A program made the translations under genes and the position numbers. Shown one piece after another: positions 8,079 through 18,020 of a stretch of DNA of 64,000 nucleotides (positions within the stretch are counted from its first letter, which is position 1; the number at the start of each line of letters is the position of its first letter). Origin of the DNA: Acidobacteriota bacterium. GTDB taxonomy: Bacteria > Acidobacteriota > Vicinamibacteria > Vicinamibacterales > SCN-69-37. Below the pieces are notes generated by a model, which saw nothing but the letters and a program-made list of their open reading frames with translations, was not told the DNA's origin and did not search any database. Location: positions 28,052 to 92,051 of the forward strand of contig CANIII010000017.1 of assembly GCA_947467605.1 (NCBI GenBank). The letters are read 5' to 3'.

Positions 8079-8657
8079 ATGACCTGGCGTGATCTCACTC
8101 TGACTGATGCCCAGCAGATGGCGCTCGCTGCCACCGCGACGGCCGAGCGTCATATGGCGTTCGCGATGACCGAGGATGAGTTTCGGTTGTTTTACGACCG
8201 GAACGCGCGTCCGCTGTGGGCCTACCTCTCGCGGATCACGGGCGACCGTCAAGCCGCTGACGATCTGCTGCAGGAGAGCTTCTACCGGTACCTCCGCGCA
8301 AACGCGACGCTCGACAGCGATGCGCATCGCAAGCACTATCTCTACCGCATCGCCACCAATCTTGTGCGCGATGGCTACCGCCAGTCGAAGACGCGACCGA
8401 ACACGACGGAACACGATGTCGAGTTGCTCGAAGCGCGCGTCGATCGCGGTGGTGCCGCCGCTGAAACGCGCGTAGATCTGAATCGCGCGATGGCGCAACT
8501 CAAGCCGCGCGAGCGCGCGATGCTGTGGATGGCGTACGCGCAGGGCTCGTCGCACCGGGAGATCGCGGCCGTCGTCGGTGTCAAAGCCGACAGCGTCAAG
8601 CCGCTGCTGTTCCGCGCGCGTCGCAAGCTCGCCGAGTTGCTGGGAGGTTCGCGATGA
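8079..8657 (+). CDS. ECF-family RNA polymerase sigma-70 factor
   Basis: It has region 2 (ADDLLQESFYRYL) and a region 4 HTH (RERAMLWMAYAQGSSHREIAAVVGVKADSVKPLLFRARRKL). Confidence 0.85.
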   Translation: MTWRDLTLTDAQQMALAATATAERHMAFAMTEDEFRLFYDRNARPLWAYLSRITGDRQAADDLLQESFYRYLRANATLDSDAHRKHYLYRIATNLVRDGYRQSKTRPNTTEHDVELLEARVDRGGAAAETRVDLNRAMAQLKPRERAMLWMAYAQGSSHREIAAVVGVKADSVKPLLFRARRKLAELLGGSR

Positions 8658-9193
8658 TTCCCCTGCAGGAATGCGCGCACGAACGCGAAGTACTCGATCT
8701 GGTCATCGCCGAGCGCTGGCCGGATCGCTGCGATCCGGATGTGGTCGCGCACGCGGCCGAGTGCGAGATCTGCCGGGATGTTGTGGCGGTGGCGATGGAA
8801 ATGCGCGAAGACGAGGCCCGTGTCGAAGCCGACATCGTGGCCGCGTCGCCGAGTCATCCCAGTGTCGTGCCAGACGCCACGCTCGTGTGGTGGCGCTCGC
8901 AGCTGCGCGCGCACGAGGACGCCGCGCGCCAGGCCGCGCGGCCGATCGCGATGGTGCAGGGCATTGGCATTGGCTTCGGCCTGGTGGCCGTGTTCTCGGT
9001 GACGCGCTTCGCGTGGCCGTGGATTACGTCGTATGCGTCGGGCGCGCGCGCGGGCGCGAGCGAGATGGTCGCGCGCAGCGTGGCATCGTCTGGTGCCGCG
9101 ATCGAAGCCATGCCCCTCTGGCTGATGCTCAGCATCGTCGCCGCGGTGATAGCGGCACCGATCGCCGTCTACGCCGCACTCGGCCGCGAGTAA
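8654..9193 (+). CDS. Anti-sigma factor (zf-HC2 type, single C-terminal TM region)
   Basis: The ATG at 8654 overlaps the sigma stop (ATGA). The H-x3-C-x2-C motif HAAECEIC is present, and the C-terminus has hydrophobic helices. Confidence 0.65.
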   Translation: MIPLQECAHEREVLDLVIAERWPDRCDPDVVAHAAECEICRDVVAVAMEMREDEARVEADIVAASPSHPSVVPDATLVWWRSQLRAHEDAARQAARPIAMVQGIGIGFGLVAVFSVTRFAWPWITSYASGARAGASEMVARSVASSGAAIEAMPLWLMLSIVAAVIAAPIAVYAALGRE

Positions 9194-9208
9194 CGCACAA
9201 GCACACAG

Positions 9209-9250
9209 AAACGCCGAGGGCGGCCGATGTTCCGGCCGCCCTCGGCGTTT
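9209..9250. terminator. Bidirectional hairpin terminator
   Basis: aaacgccgagggcggccg-atgttc-cggccgccctcggcgttt has 18-bp arms. It lies between the convergent anti-sigma gene and the TonB-type receptor gene. Confidence 0.6.
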
Positions 9251-9269
9251 TGTCGTTCGTGTATGTGAA

Positions 9270-12200
9270 CTACCAGGAAATACGCGTCACCAACTGCACC
9301 GTCCGGCCAGAGATGTTGAAGCCGGTGACTTCGAATCCATCTGCGGTGGAGGAACCGACGCCGCTGATTGTGTTGAAGTTGGTCGTGTCGAACACGTTCA
9401 GTGCATCGATGCGCAGCTCGAGCATGCCGCGGCCGATCAGGCGGATCCGCTTCGTGAGGCTCATGTCGAAGTTGTAAAGCTTCGGCCCTGCCACAATCAG
9501 CGTGCGCACGCCGCAATCGCCGTAGGCCGTCGAGATGGTCTCGATACAGTCAACACCGCTTGCCGGCGCGAAGTACTGACCCGACGGCGCGCCGAGTGAA
9601 CCGTAGCCGGTCACCGACGTCGCGCTCGTGCTGAAGGCCTTGATCGTTTCGGTGATCACGGCTTCCGGCAGCAGGAACACCTTGCCGGTCGCGTCCTTGC
9701 GGACTTTATACATCTTTCGCAGATCGTCCTCGTTGAAGCCGACCATGCGCACGTTGCCGAAGTCGAGCAGTCGGCCGCTCTGGATGCGGATGTTGCCGCT
9801 GAAGTTCCAGCCACCGACGATGCGATCTAGGATCGGACCGGCGTTGGAGAAGAACCGGCGACCCTGACCGAACGGCAGGTCCCACACGTAGTTGGCCTTG
9901 AATGCCTGCTCGATGTCGCCGACAGTGCCCGCTGTCCGTGAGATCTCTCGCGGCACGCGGAACGAGTAGCGATTCGAGCTGTAGGCCCGACCATACGTGT
10001 AGTTGGTCGAAACCTGCAGCCCGTCCGAGAGGCGGCGACGCAGTTCCACCTGCAGCGAGTTGTACTTCGTGTACCCGCCGTAGCCGGTTACGTTGGCTGA
10101 CGCCACATCCGGGTTCGCGCGGAAGAAATTCCGCGGCAAGCCGGCGAGGAGCGCATTCGCGCGACGCGTCGCGTCACCATCGAGGCCGGTCGTGGAGCTG
10201 AGGCCGGCCGGGGTGAACGGATTCGGGTTCACCTTGATGAGCGAGTTCACAAAGTTCGAGCTCGTCCAGTTCGTGGACTTGTCGTAGTTGGCGACCGTGC
10301 CCGCGCCGGCGGCGTTCGTGCCGGTGAAATACGCGAGGTAGATCGGCAGCGGCACTGTGCCGGTGCCTGCGCCGAAGTACTTGAACGAACCTGCGCGCGT
10401 GCCGCCAGCCGCGTTGTTGGCCTGGAGGTTCGCCTGCGCGTTCTTGAACTCCGACAGGAACCCGTTGTCGAGAATGTTCGCCTCGTTGTAGTTGTAGGTC
10501 GTCCACTGGTCGCGGCTGCGCGTGCCGACGTAGCGCACGTCGATCGCCATCTTGCTGCCAAGCGACCGCTGGAAGCCGGCCGTCCACGTGTCGGAGTAGG
10601 GCACCTGCAGGTTCGGATCAAACAGGTTCACGCTGCCGGTGATGACCGGCGTGAGCGGATACACGGGCGTCTCGGCAAAGACTGGTGCGGCGAGCGATGC
10701 CGGGTTGCTGAGCGAGGCATTGCCGATGTTGCCGAGCGTGGCGTTGCGCGACGTATCGAGCGTGATGCCCGCGTTGGCGCCGAACACGTCCGAGTAGTCG
10801 CCGATGCCCTGACGATTGAACGCGCGCGCGAATCCGGCCTTGAACGCCGTGTCGCCCTGATTACCGAGCAGCGTGTGGAGGAAGCCACTCTTGACTGACG
10901 GCGTCCAGTTAATGCCGATGCTCGGTGCGATGTTGTTCCAGTCGGTGTTGAACGCCTGCTGGCCCTTCGAGAGGTTCTGCAGCGACGGTGCCTTGCCCGG
11001 CGTGGTGCCCGCCTTGAACAAGTTGCATGCAGCTGTCGTTGGGTTGCTCGCGTCACAGCCCGCCACATAGCCCGAGATGCCCCACGCATCGTCGAGCGTC
11101 GCCGTCGAGTAGGTGCTGTTGGTCGAGTAGAAGGGCAACTGCAGCGCGTAGCGCACGCCGAGGTTGATCGAGAGGTTCGGACGCGCGCGCCAGTTGTCCT
11201 GGAAGAAGAAGTCGAACTCACGCTGACGGCCACGCGCCGTCGCCGCGCCGTTGTAAACGTATTTGTTGGTCGCCTCGTCGATACGTGACGTCGAGGTGAT
11301 CGCGCTGACGCGGCCCACCATCATCGCGTAGATCTGACGGGCCGACGTGATGTCGGCCGTCGCCGCGCCTGGGAAGTTCGTCGCGTTGAAGAGCGAGAAG
11401 GCCGAGTCGGTCGAGAGGATGTCGAAGCTGATCGCCGGCACCATCGTCTGGTTCTTCAACCAGAGATCCACCTGCGTCATGCCGGCACCGAGGCTGATGC
11501 TGTGTGAGCCCTTCAGCCACGTGAGGGTGTCTTCGAAGACCTTCGTGGATGCCTCGCGTGAGCTGGGCGTTGCCGCCGTGCTGGCGTTCGAGATTCCCCC
11601 GTTGAGGTTGAGCTGGAAGCCCATCTGGTTGGCCAGCGAGCCGTTGTACATCTCCGGTGTGATCCCCGGCGAGAAGTAGGTCGGACCGCCGGTGGCGCCC
11701 ACGCGCAGCTCGTTGACCATGTTGCGGCCGAACGTCGAGCGAACCGATCCGCCGGCCGTGTAGCGGTGCGAGATCTGATCACCGTATTGCGGAAACCCCG
11801 GGAACAGTGGCTGGCGCGAGTTGGTGGCGTCGGGACGGGCGTTGATCTTGTTGTAGTTGAACGACGCGTTCAGCCGGTGGCTGCTCGTCAGGTTGTAGTC
11901 GAGGCGCACCGTCGGATAGTGGTTGATCGAGCTGATCGGCGCCTGCCAAGTGAAGCGCTCCTGGTTCGGGTTGGTCAGGGCCGTGATCGTGCCCGCACCC
12001 GGTGTCGAGTTGCGGATATCGGCGAGCAACTTGGAAATCGTCGGGTTCATCGTCGAGACGAGGCCGCCGAAGTTCAGAAGATTCACCGTGCGTACACCCG
12101 CGCTGGTCGTGTACGAGAACTGCCCCGACTGCGTGGCGGTCGTGAAGATCGTGCGATTCAGCGTGCTCGTGCTCGGTTGACGGAGCTGCTCGTAGTTGAC

Positions 12201-13118
12201 GAAGAAGAAGGCCTTGTTGTGGCCGTCGTAGATCGTCGGGATCACGACCGCACCGCCGAGGCGGCCGCCGAACTGATTCAACGTGATCTTCGGCTTGTCG
12301 AGACCGTCACGCTTGTTGAAATACGTGTTCGTGTTGAACTTGTCGTTCTGGTAGTAGTAGTAGAGGCTGCCCGACTGCTGGTTGCTGCCCGAGCGCGTCG
12401 TGAACTTGATCTGCGTGGCGCCCTGGCCGGACGAATCTGCGCCGTTGCCGGCCGTGGTGACCGTCACTTCTTCGACGGCGTCGAGACGCGGGCTCATGCG
12501 TGCAAAGAAGCCGTCGCTCGACTTGAGATAGTTGTCCTGCACGCTCAAACCGTCGACGGTGATGTTGATCGAACTCTGCGGCAGACCATTGACGATCGAG
12601 TTGCGGTTCGTGCTCGCTGTCTGAATGCCCGGCAGGAACGTGATGAAGTCGAGCGCGTTGCGCGTGGCCAGCGGCAGATTCGAAATCTGTTTCAGGTCCA
12701 CCGTCGATGAGACCGACGAGCTGGTGGTTTGCACCATCGCTGCTGATGCTTCCACAGTGATCGTCTGCTCGAGTCCGCCGACTTCGAGTGTGGCCTTGAC
12801 CGATGCCGGTGCGCCCGCGCTGACGCGCACGCCCGTGGCCACAAACGTCTTGAAGCCGCTCAGCCGAACGGTGATGCTGTAGCTGCCCACGGTGAGTGCC
12901 GGTACGGTGAAGGCGCCGTTGGTGGACGTCACGACTTCTGACGCGATGTTGGTGGCTTCATTCTTGACCGTAACGGTGGCGCCGGGAATGACGCCGCCGG
13001 TGCTGTCGACGACGATGCCGCTGATCGACGACGTGGCCCCGCCCTGAGCGCTGGCGTGGACGATGGATCCGCACACCATCAGCAGGGCGAGTACGAACCT
13101 GACTACGAATCTATTCAT
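9270..13118 (-). CDS. TonB-dependent outer-membrane receptor with N-terminal carboxypeptidase-regulatory-like domain
   Basis: It has a signal peptide (MNRFVVRFVLALLMVCGSIVHASAQ), a CarboxypepD_reg-like block (ISGIVVDSTGGVIPGATVTVKN..TNGAFTVPALTVGSYSITV) and a plug-like region. At 1282 aa it ends in an aromatic residue (..VTRISW), as OMP barrels typically do. Confidence 0.8.
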   Translation of the reverse strand: MNRFVVRFVLALLMVCGSIVHASAQGGATSSISGIVVDSTGGVIPGATVTVKNEATNIASEVVTSTNGAFTVPALTVGSYSITVRLSGFKTFVATGVRVSAGAPASVKATLEVGGLEQTITVEASAAMVQTTSSSVSSTVDLKQISNLPLATRNALDFITFLPGIQTASTNRNSIVNGLPQSSINITVDGLSVQDNYLKSSDGFFARMSPRLDAVEEVTVTTAGNGADSSGQGATQIKFTTRSGSNQQSGSLYYYYQNDKFNTNTYFNKRDGLDKPKITLNQFGGRLGGAVVIPTIYDGHNKAFFFVNYEQLRQPSTSTLNRTIFTTATQSGQFSYTTSAGVRTVNLLNFGGLVSTMNPTISKLLADIRNSTPGAGTITALTNPNQERFTWQAPISSINHYPTVRLDYNLTSSHRLNASFNYNKINARPDATNSRQPLFPGFPQYGDQISHRYTAGGSVRSTFGRNMVNELRVGATGGPTYFSPGITPEMYNGSLANQMGFQLNLNGGISNASTAATPSSREASTKVFEDTLTWLKGSHSISLGAGMTQVDLWLKNQTMVPAISFDILSTDSAFSLFNATNFPGAATADITSARQIYAMMVGRVSAITSTSRIDEATNKYVYNGAATARGRQREFDFFFQDNWRARPNLSINLGVRYALQLPFYSTNSTYSTATLDDAWGISGYVAGCDASNPTTAACNLFKAGTTPGKAPSLQNLSKGQQAFNTDWNNIAPSIGINWTPSVKSGFLHTLLGNQGDTAFKAGFARAFNRQGIGDYSDVFGANAGITLDTSRNATLGNIGNASLSNPASLAAPVFAETPVYPLTPVITGSVNLFDPNLQVPYSDTWTAGFQRSLGSKMAIDVRYVGTRSRDQWTTYNYNEANILDNGFLSEFKNAQANLQANNAAGGTRAGSFKYFGAGTGTVPLPIYLAYFTGTNAAGAGTVANYDKSTNWTSSNFVNSLIKVNPNPFTPAGLSSTTGLDGDATRRANALLAGLPRNFFRANPDVASANVTGYGGYTKYNSLQVELRRRLSDGLQVSTNYTYGRAYSSNRYSFRVPREISRTAGTVGDIEQAFKANYVWDLPFGQGRRFFSNAGPILDRIVGGWNFSGNIRIQSGRLLDFGNVRMVGFNEDDLRKMYKVRKDATGKVFLLPEAVITETIKAFSTSATSVTGYGSLGAPSGQYFAPASGVDCIETISTAYGDCGVRTLIVAGPKLYNFDMSLTKRIRLIGRGMLELRIDALNVFDTTNFNTISGVGSSTADGFEVTGFNISGRTVQLVTRISW

Positions 13119-13246
13119 TGGTGTTCTTCTCCAAGAACAGCAACAGTTGGATGACTGGCCGAGAGATTAATTGTGGTTAATGTGAGAGAAGAGTCAATGG
13201 AAGATCCAAAACCGAACGTCCGTTGTGTATTGAGTGCGTGTGGCGA

Positions 13247-13262
13247 TGGCAGCGGGCTTGCA
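13247..13262 (+). promoter_or_regulatory. Candidate sigma-54 (-24/-12) promoter element
   Basis: TGGCAGCGGGCTTGCA against the consensus TGGCAC-N5-TTGCW. GG and GC are correctly spaced, with one mismatch in the hexamer. It lies only about 18 nt upstream of ATG 13280, which leaves a very short leader, hence the low confidence. Confidence 0.25.
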
Positions 13263-13279
13263 ATTCAAGAGTCAAACTA

Positions 13280-15439
13280 ATGACGACCAGCTTCAAAACA
13301 CTCACTCCGCTTTTCCATCCCCAGTCGATCGCCGTCGTCGGTGTCTCCCAGCACCCGTCGGGCATCGGCCGGCGCGTCTTCAACTGTCTGATCGGTGCGA
13401 AATATCGCGGCGGGATTTTCCCCATCAACCGTGACGGCGGGGCCGTTGACGGTCATCCTGGCTTCAGATCCGTTCGCGACGTGCCCGGGCCGATTGACCT
13501 CGCCGTGATCGCCGTGCCGCGCGCGGCCGTCGCCGGCGTCGTGGACGACTGCGCCGCCGCCGGTGTGAAGGCGCTCGTGGTCATCACGGCCGGCTACGCG
13601 GAGGCCGGCGTCGAGGGGCTGGCGCTGCAGGATGCACTCGTTGCGAAGGTGCGTGCGGCCGGTATGCGCATGGTCGGCCCCAACTGTATGGGCGTGCTCA
13701 ACGCTGAAGCCGACGCGCCGATGAACGCGTCGTTCTCGCCAATCTTTCCGCCACCCGGCGGTCTGGCGCTGTCGTCACAGAGCGGCGCCCTTGGCATGGT
13801 GATTCTGTCGTTGGCGACGCGCCGTCACGTCGGTCTGTCGAGCTTTGTGAGTGTGGGCAATAAGGCCGACGTCTCGAGCAACGACCTGCTCGAGTATTGG
13901 GAGGCGGACGACGCCACAAAGGTCATCGCGCTCTATCTCGAGTCGTTCGGCAATCCGCGACGCTTCGCGAGCCTGGCGCGCCGCATCAGCCGCAGCAAGC
14001 CGATCATCGCGGTTAAGGCAGGTCGCACGCGCGCGGGCTCACGCGCGGCCGGGAGCCACACTGCGGCGCTCGCGGCGAATGACACCACGGTGCAGGCCCT
14101 CTTTCATCAGGCCGGTGTGATTCGTGCCGACACGATCGACGAGATGTTTGATCTGGCCGCGTGCCTCTCGGCGCAGCCGCTGCCGCGCGGTGGCCGCGTC
14201 GCGATTGTGACGAACGCCGGAGGCCCTGGCATTCTCGCGGCTGACGCGTGCGAGGCCGCCGGCCTCTCGGTTGTGCGCTTCAGCGAGTTCACACGCGCGC
14301 GCTTGCAGGCGGTGTTGCCTGCGGTGCCGTCGGTCGCCAATCCCGTGGACATGATCGCGTCGGCCGGGCCCGACGAATACGAGCGCACGATCGACACCGT
14401 GCTGCGCGCCGGTGAGACCGACGCGCTGATCATTCTCTACACGCCTGTGGATCCTTCCGGCGCGGCGGCCGTCATGGACGCGATCGGTCGAGGCATTGTG
14501 TCGGCGCGTGCATCCGGTGCCACGAGCAAGCCTATCCTCGCGTGCCTGATGGCGGGCAACACGGAGGGCCGGCTTGTCTTCAATGGTGAGCAGATCCCGG
14601 TCTACGAGTTTCCCGAGAACGCCGCTCGTGCGCTCGGCAAAGTCGTCTCGTACGCGCATCGGCGGGAGACGCCGCTCGGTGTGCCTCGCGTATTCGCAGA
14701 CGTCAATCCCGCGGCGGCGCGGGCGGTCTGTCAATCCGTGCTGGCCACGCGCGGCGAAGACTGGCTGAAGGACGAAGAGATGCGTCGCGTGCTCGCGGCC
14801 TGTGGCGTGACGATGTCACCGACGGCGTTTGCGAAGACGGCGGCACATGCGGCCGAGGCGGCGACGTCCATGGGATTTCCTGTCGTGGCGAAGCTGGTCT
14901 CGAGCGAGGTCACACACAAGAGCGACCTCGGCGGTGTGCTGCTCAACCTCGATGATCGCGACGCGGTCGTCGCCGCATTCCAGGCGCTCGCCGATGCGGC
15001 CGAGCGGCACCACGTCAGGTTTGATGGCGTGAACATTCAGCCCATGGTCACCAGTCAGCACGGTGGCGTGGAGACAATGATCGGCGTCGTGCACGATCGG
15101 CTGTTCGGCCCGATCATCGGCTTCGGCATGGGCGGCACGGATGTTGAGGTGCTGGGAGACATGCACTTCCGCCTTGCGCCGCTGGCCGGCAACGACGCCG
15201 CTGAACTCATCGCCGAGACGCGGGCGAGCCGATTGCTCGCGGCGCATCGGGGCAAGCCGGCCGCGGATGTGGCGGCGCTCGAGGAGTTGCTCGCACGCAT
15301 CTCGGCATTGGCCCACGCGGTGCCTGAGATTCTGGAACTCGACCTCAACCCGGTGATCGTGAAGGCGGCCGGGCAGGGATGCCACATCGTGGACGCCCGC
15401 ATTCGCGTTTTCCCGGCGCCGACTAAGATAGGAGGATGA
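13280..15439 (+). CDS. ADP-forming acetyl/acyl-CoA synthetase family protein (fused CoA-binding, CoA-ligase and ATP-grasp domains)
   Basis: The ATG at 13280 gives MTTSFKTLTPLFHPQSIAVVGVS, a CoA-binding N-terminus. It also has MVGPNCMG and an ATP-grasp part (GFPVVAKLVSSEVTHKSDLGGV). No C-terminal GNAT is present, so it is not a Pat-type acetyltransferase. Confidence 0.75.
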   Translation: MTTSFKTLTPLFHPQSIAVVGVSQHPSGIGRRVFNCLIGAKYRGGIFPINRDGGAVDGHPGFRSVRDVPGPIDLAVIAVPRAAVAGVVDDCAAAGVKALVVITAGYAEAGVEGLALQDALVAKVRAAGMRMVGPNCMGVLNAEADAPMNASFSPIFPPPGGLALSSQSGALGMVILSLATRRHVGLSSFVSVGNKADVSSNDLLEYWEADDATKVIALYLESFGNPRRFASLARRISRSKPIIAVKAGRTRAGSRAAGSHTAALAANDTTVQALFHQAGVIRADTIDEMFDLAACLSAQPLPRGGRVAIVTNAGGPGILAADACEAAGLSVVRFSEFTRARLQAVLPAVPSVANPVDMIASAGPDEYERTIDTVLRAGETDALIILYTPVDPSGAAAVMDAIGRGIVSARASGATSKPILACLMAGNTEGRLVFNGEQIPVYEFPENAARALGKVVSYAHRRETPLGVPRVFADVNPAAARAVCQSVLATRGEDWLKDEEMRRVLAACGVTMSPTAFAKTAAHAAEAATSMGFPVVAKLVSSEVTHKSDLGGVLLNLDDRDAVVAAFQALADAAERHHVRFDGVNIQPMVTSQHGGVETMIGVVHDRLFGPIIGFGMGGTDVEVLGDMHFRLAPLAGNDAAELIAETRASRLLAAHRGKPAADVAALEELLARISALAHAVPEILELDLNPVIVKAAGQGCHIVDARIRVFPAPTKIGG

Positions 15440-16104
15440 TCGACGATCCCGGCAAACTCCTTGGCCTGCTGTTCCGGAGCCATCCCTGGCATGGCGTGCC
15501 GATTGGCGCGCGCGCGCCCGAAGTGGTGACGTGCTTCATCGAGATCGTGCCGACCGACCGCGTGAAATACGAGATCGACAAGGCGACCGGCTACCTCAAG
15601 GTCGATCGGCCCCAGCTCTATTCGAATATTTGTCCGGCGCCCTATGGTTTTCTGCCCCAGACCTACTGCGGTCCGCGCGTCGGCGCGTTGTCGGCCGAAC
15701 GCCTGCACCGCTCGGGTCTCAACGGCGACGGCGATCCGCTCGACGTCTGCGTGCTGACGCAGACCGCGATCACGCACAGCGACTTGCTGCTGCAGGCGCG
15801 GCCCATCGGCGGCATTCGTTTGCTGGATGGCAACGAGGCTGACGACAAGATCATCGCGGTGCTCGAAGGCGACGGCCTGTATGGCGGCTGGACCGACCTC
15901 GACTTTATCCCGAAGGCCGTGATCAATCGACTCGTGCACTACTTCGAAACCTACAAGCTCGCACCCGGTGCCACCACCAAGCCGATCGAGATCACGCATC
16001 TCTTCGGCCGCGACGAAGCCCACACCGTCATTCAAGCCGCGCGCGACGACTACTCCGACAAGTTCGGCCCACTACAAAAACAGCTGGCCGACGCGCTCGC
16101 GTAG
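15436..16104 (+). CDS. ppa: Family I inorganic pyrophosphatase
   Basis: Matching blocks are HPWHG, EIVPTDRVKYEID, YGFLPQT, GDGDPLDVCVL and DDKIIAV. The ATG overlaps the upstream stop (ATGA at 15436-15439), and the SD aggagg lies inside the upstream gene's end. Confidence 0.85.
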   Translation: MIDDPGKLLGLLFRSHPWHGVPIGARAPEVVTCFIEIVPTDRVKYEIDKATGYLKVDRPQLYSNICPAPYGFLPQTYCGPRVGALSAERLHRSGLNGDGDPLDVCVLTQTAITHSDLLLQARPIGGIRLLDGNEADDKIIAVLEGDGLYGGWTDLDFIPKAVINRLVHYFETYKLAPGATTKPIEITHLFGRDEAHTVIQAARDDYSDKFGPLQKQLADALA

Positions 16105-16117
16105 ATTTCCGATGGAG

Positions 16118-16139
16118 CCCCGGACCTTCAGGTCCGGGG
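16118..16139. terminator. Short GC hairpin between convergent ppa and rlmA
   Basis: ccccggacc-ttca-ggtccgggg has 9-bp arms. It overlaps the rlmA stop codon (16128-16130). Confidence 0.45.
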
Positions 16140-16973
16140 TCGAAACACCGTCACGTACGCATCCACCGTCAGCTCGAGCCGCGGCAGTTGCGCGAGCGCA
16201 TCCCGTGTTGCGCGCCCGATGTGCCAGTAGAACGGCGTCATCGCGAGCAAGTGCTGGATCTCTGCCTGTGATTCGAGCGCAATCGGATAGCGCACGCGCG
16301 TGGATGACGCCACGTTGAATAGCGTGTCGTCGGCCATGAGTGCCGGTGTCTTCGGATGTGGCTTCACCGAGCTGTAGATGATGATGCGCAGCGCATCAAG
16401 GTGGTCCGGCCCCGGTGTCACCGTGATCAGCGCGCCATCAGCGCGGACGACGCGCTTGGCGTCAGCGGCGTCGATCGGCGCAAATACCGTGAGCGCGACA
16501 TCGAGTGATTGTGGTTGGAACGGGCTGTTGTGCAGACTCGCCACGACCCAATGGATGTCTCGGCCGTGTGTGGACGCCATCTTGATGCCCGGTCGCGAGA
16601 TGTCGACGCCATAGAACGTGGCGGGCGTCTCGGGCCCTTGCGCACATGCCGCCCGCGCTCGCGCCGTAAAGAAGCCTTCGCCGCAGCCGAGGTCGGCGAC
16701 GTGCGCGTCGTTGCGGCCCGCGACGACGGCGGCCACCGCATCGGAGGCGGCATCGGACATCTGGTCGTAGAAACCGCGCTCGAGGAAGGCGCGTCGACTC
16801 TGCAGCATCGCCGCGCTGTCGCCCGGTTCGGCCGACTGCTTCTTGTTCGAGAGCAACAGATTCAGGTAGCCGCTCCGTGCGCGATCAAAGGCGTGTGAGG
16901 CGGGGCAGGTCGCTGCGGTCGGTTGGAGCGTCAGCGCGGCGCCGCACACGGGGCACGCCAGAACGGTTGTCAT
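16128..16973 (-). CDS. rlmA: 23S rRNA (guanine745-N1)-methyltransferase
   Basis: It has an N-terminal zinc-finger-like CPVCGAAL..CPASHAFD, then GYLNLL and GDSAAMLQSRRAFLERGFY, then the SAM motif DLGCGEGFF. This resembles E. coli RlmA as I remember it. Confidence 0.8.
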   Translation of the reverse strand: MTTVLACPVCGAALTLQPTAATCPASHAFDRARSGYLNLLLSNKKQSAEPGDSAAMLQSRRAFLERGFYDQMSDAASDAVAAVVAGRNDAHVADLGCGEGFFTARARAACAQGPETPATFYGVDISRPGIKMASTHGRDIHWVVASLHNSPFQPQSLDVALTVFAPIDAADAKRVVRADGALITVTPGPDHLDALRIIIYSSVKPHPKTPALMADDTLFNVASSTRVRYPIALESQAEIQHLLAMTPFYWHIGRATRDALAQLPRLELTVDAYVTVFRPRT

Positions 16974-17039
16974 GGACCCAGTGTAGCGCTGTGTAACAAT
17001 CGACGCGATTTGTCAGCAGTTCACCGTGACGTACGGCGC

Positions 17040-18020
17040 GTGTGTCTTCTGGGTACCGGTGTGGCCTCACGACCGGCGATGCTGACCAGTGCTGACATCG
17101 ATCGACGTCTGGGTCTGGCGATCGGCACCGTAGAGCGACGCACCGGCGTCGTGACGCGCCATGAAGAAACCGCGCGCACCGCAGCGGCGCTCGGTGCCGA
17201 TGCGGCGCGCCAGGCGCTCGCTGCGGCCGGGCGTGATCTCAACGACATCGACTGCGTCGTGGCCGCCAATGGCACGCCGGATCAGGCGATGCCGAGTAAT
17301 GCTGCGCTGCTGATGCATGAGCTGGGATGTGGCGAGCGCGCGACGGCGGGCTTCGACGTGAATGCCAGTTGCCTCGGCTTCCTGACGGCCCTCGATACCT
17401 TGTCGTATCTGATCGCCGCCGGCCGCTACCGCCACGTGTTGATCGTGTCGTCCGACATCGCGTCATGCGGTCTCGACTGGAGCCACCTCGATGCCAGCGG
17501 CATCTTCGGTGATGGTGCCGCCGCTGCCGTCGTTGGCGCCGCGAACGGCTCGACCTCCGCGATCCTGTCGTCGTCGTTGCACACCTTCAGCGATGGCGCG
17601 CATTTGTGCGAGATCAAGGGCGGCGGCTCGCGGTTTCATCCGAGCCGCATCAGCGAGCCGTTTGCGCCACTGGCGACATTCCAGATGGACGGCAAGGCGG
17701 TCTTTCGCATGGTCGGCACCCGATTGCCCGGCTTTGTCGACGACCTTGTGACGGCCGCGGGACTGCGCATCGGTGACCTCGCCGTCGTCGTGCCGCATCA
17801 GGCGAGTGCGCATGCGCTCCGATATACGCGCCGCCGGTTGCGGATCAGAACCTCGCAGATGATCGACATCTTCGCGGATCACGGCAATCAAGTGTCCGCG
17901 TCGATGCCGTCGGCGCTGCACGCCGCCATCGCCGACGGCCGACTGCGGCGTGGTGACCATGCGCTCCTCATCGGCAGTGGTGCCGGCGTGAGCCTCGGCG
18001 GCATGGTGCTGTGCTACTGA
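17040..18020 (+). CDS. 3-oxoacyl-ACP synthase III (KAS III / FabH-like condensing enzyme)
   Basis: The GTG at 17040 gives VCLLGTGVASRPAMLTSADIDRRLG, a typical FabH N-terminus, and avoids overlap with rlmA. The Cys/His/Asn contexts are DVNASCLGF, VVPHQASAH and DHGNQVSAS. Confidence 0.75.
   Translation: MCLLGTGVASRPAMLTSADIDRRLGLAIGTVERRTGVVTRHEETARTAAALGADAARQALAAAGRDLNDIDCVVAANGTPDQAMPSNAALLMHELGCGERATAGFDVNASCLGFLTALDTLSYLIAAGRYRHVLIVSSDIASCGLDWSHLDASGIFGDGAAAAVVGAANGSTSAILSSSLHTFSDGAHLCEIKGGGSRFHPSRISEPFAPLATFQMDGKAVFRMVGTRLPGFVDDLVTAAGLRIGDLAVVVPHQASAHALRYTRRRLRIRTSQMIDIFADHGNQVSASMPSALHAAIADGRLRRGDHALLIGSGAGVSLGGMVLCY

Noticed and set aside
8578-9477. A 299-aa plus-strand ORF overlapping the anti-sigma gene and the terminator.
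   Set aside because: It runs through a strong bidirectional hairpin and into the converging receptor gene. The in-phase anti-sigma frame has the H-x3-C-x2-C motif and an ATGA-coupled start.
16923-17039. A long TTG-initiated N-terminal extension of the KAS III gene.
   Set aside because: It would overlap the divergent rlmA coding region by 51 nt. The GTG at 17040 yields a canonical FabH-like N-terminus.
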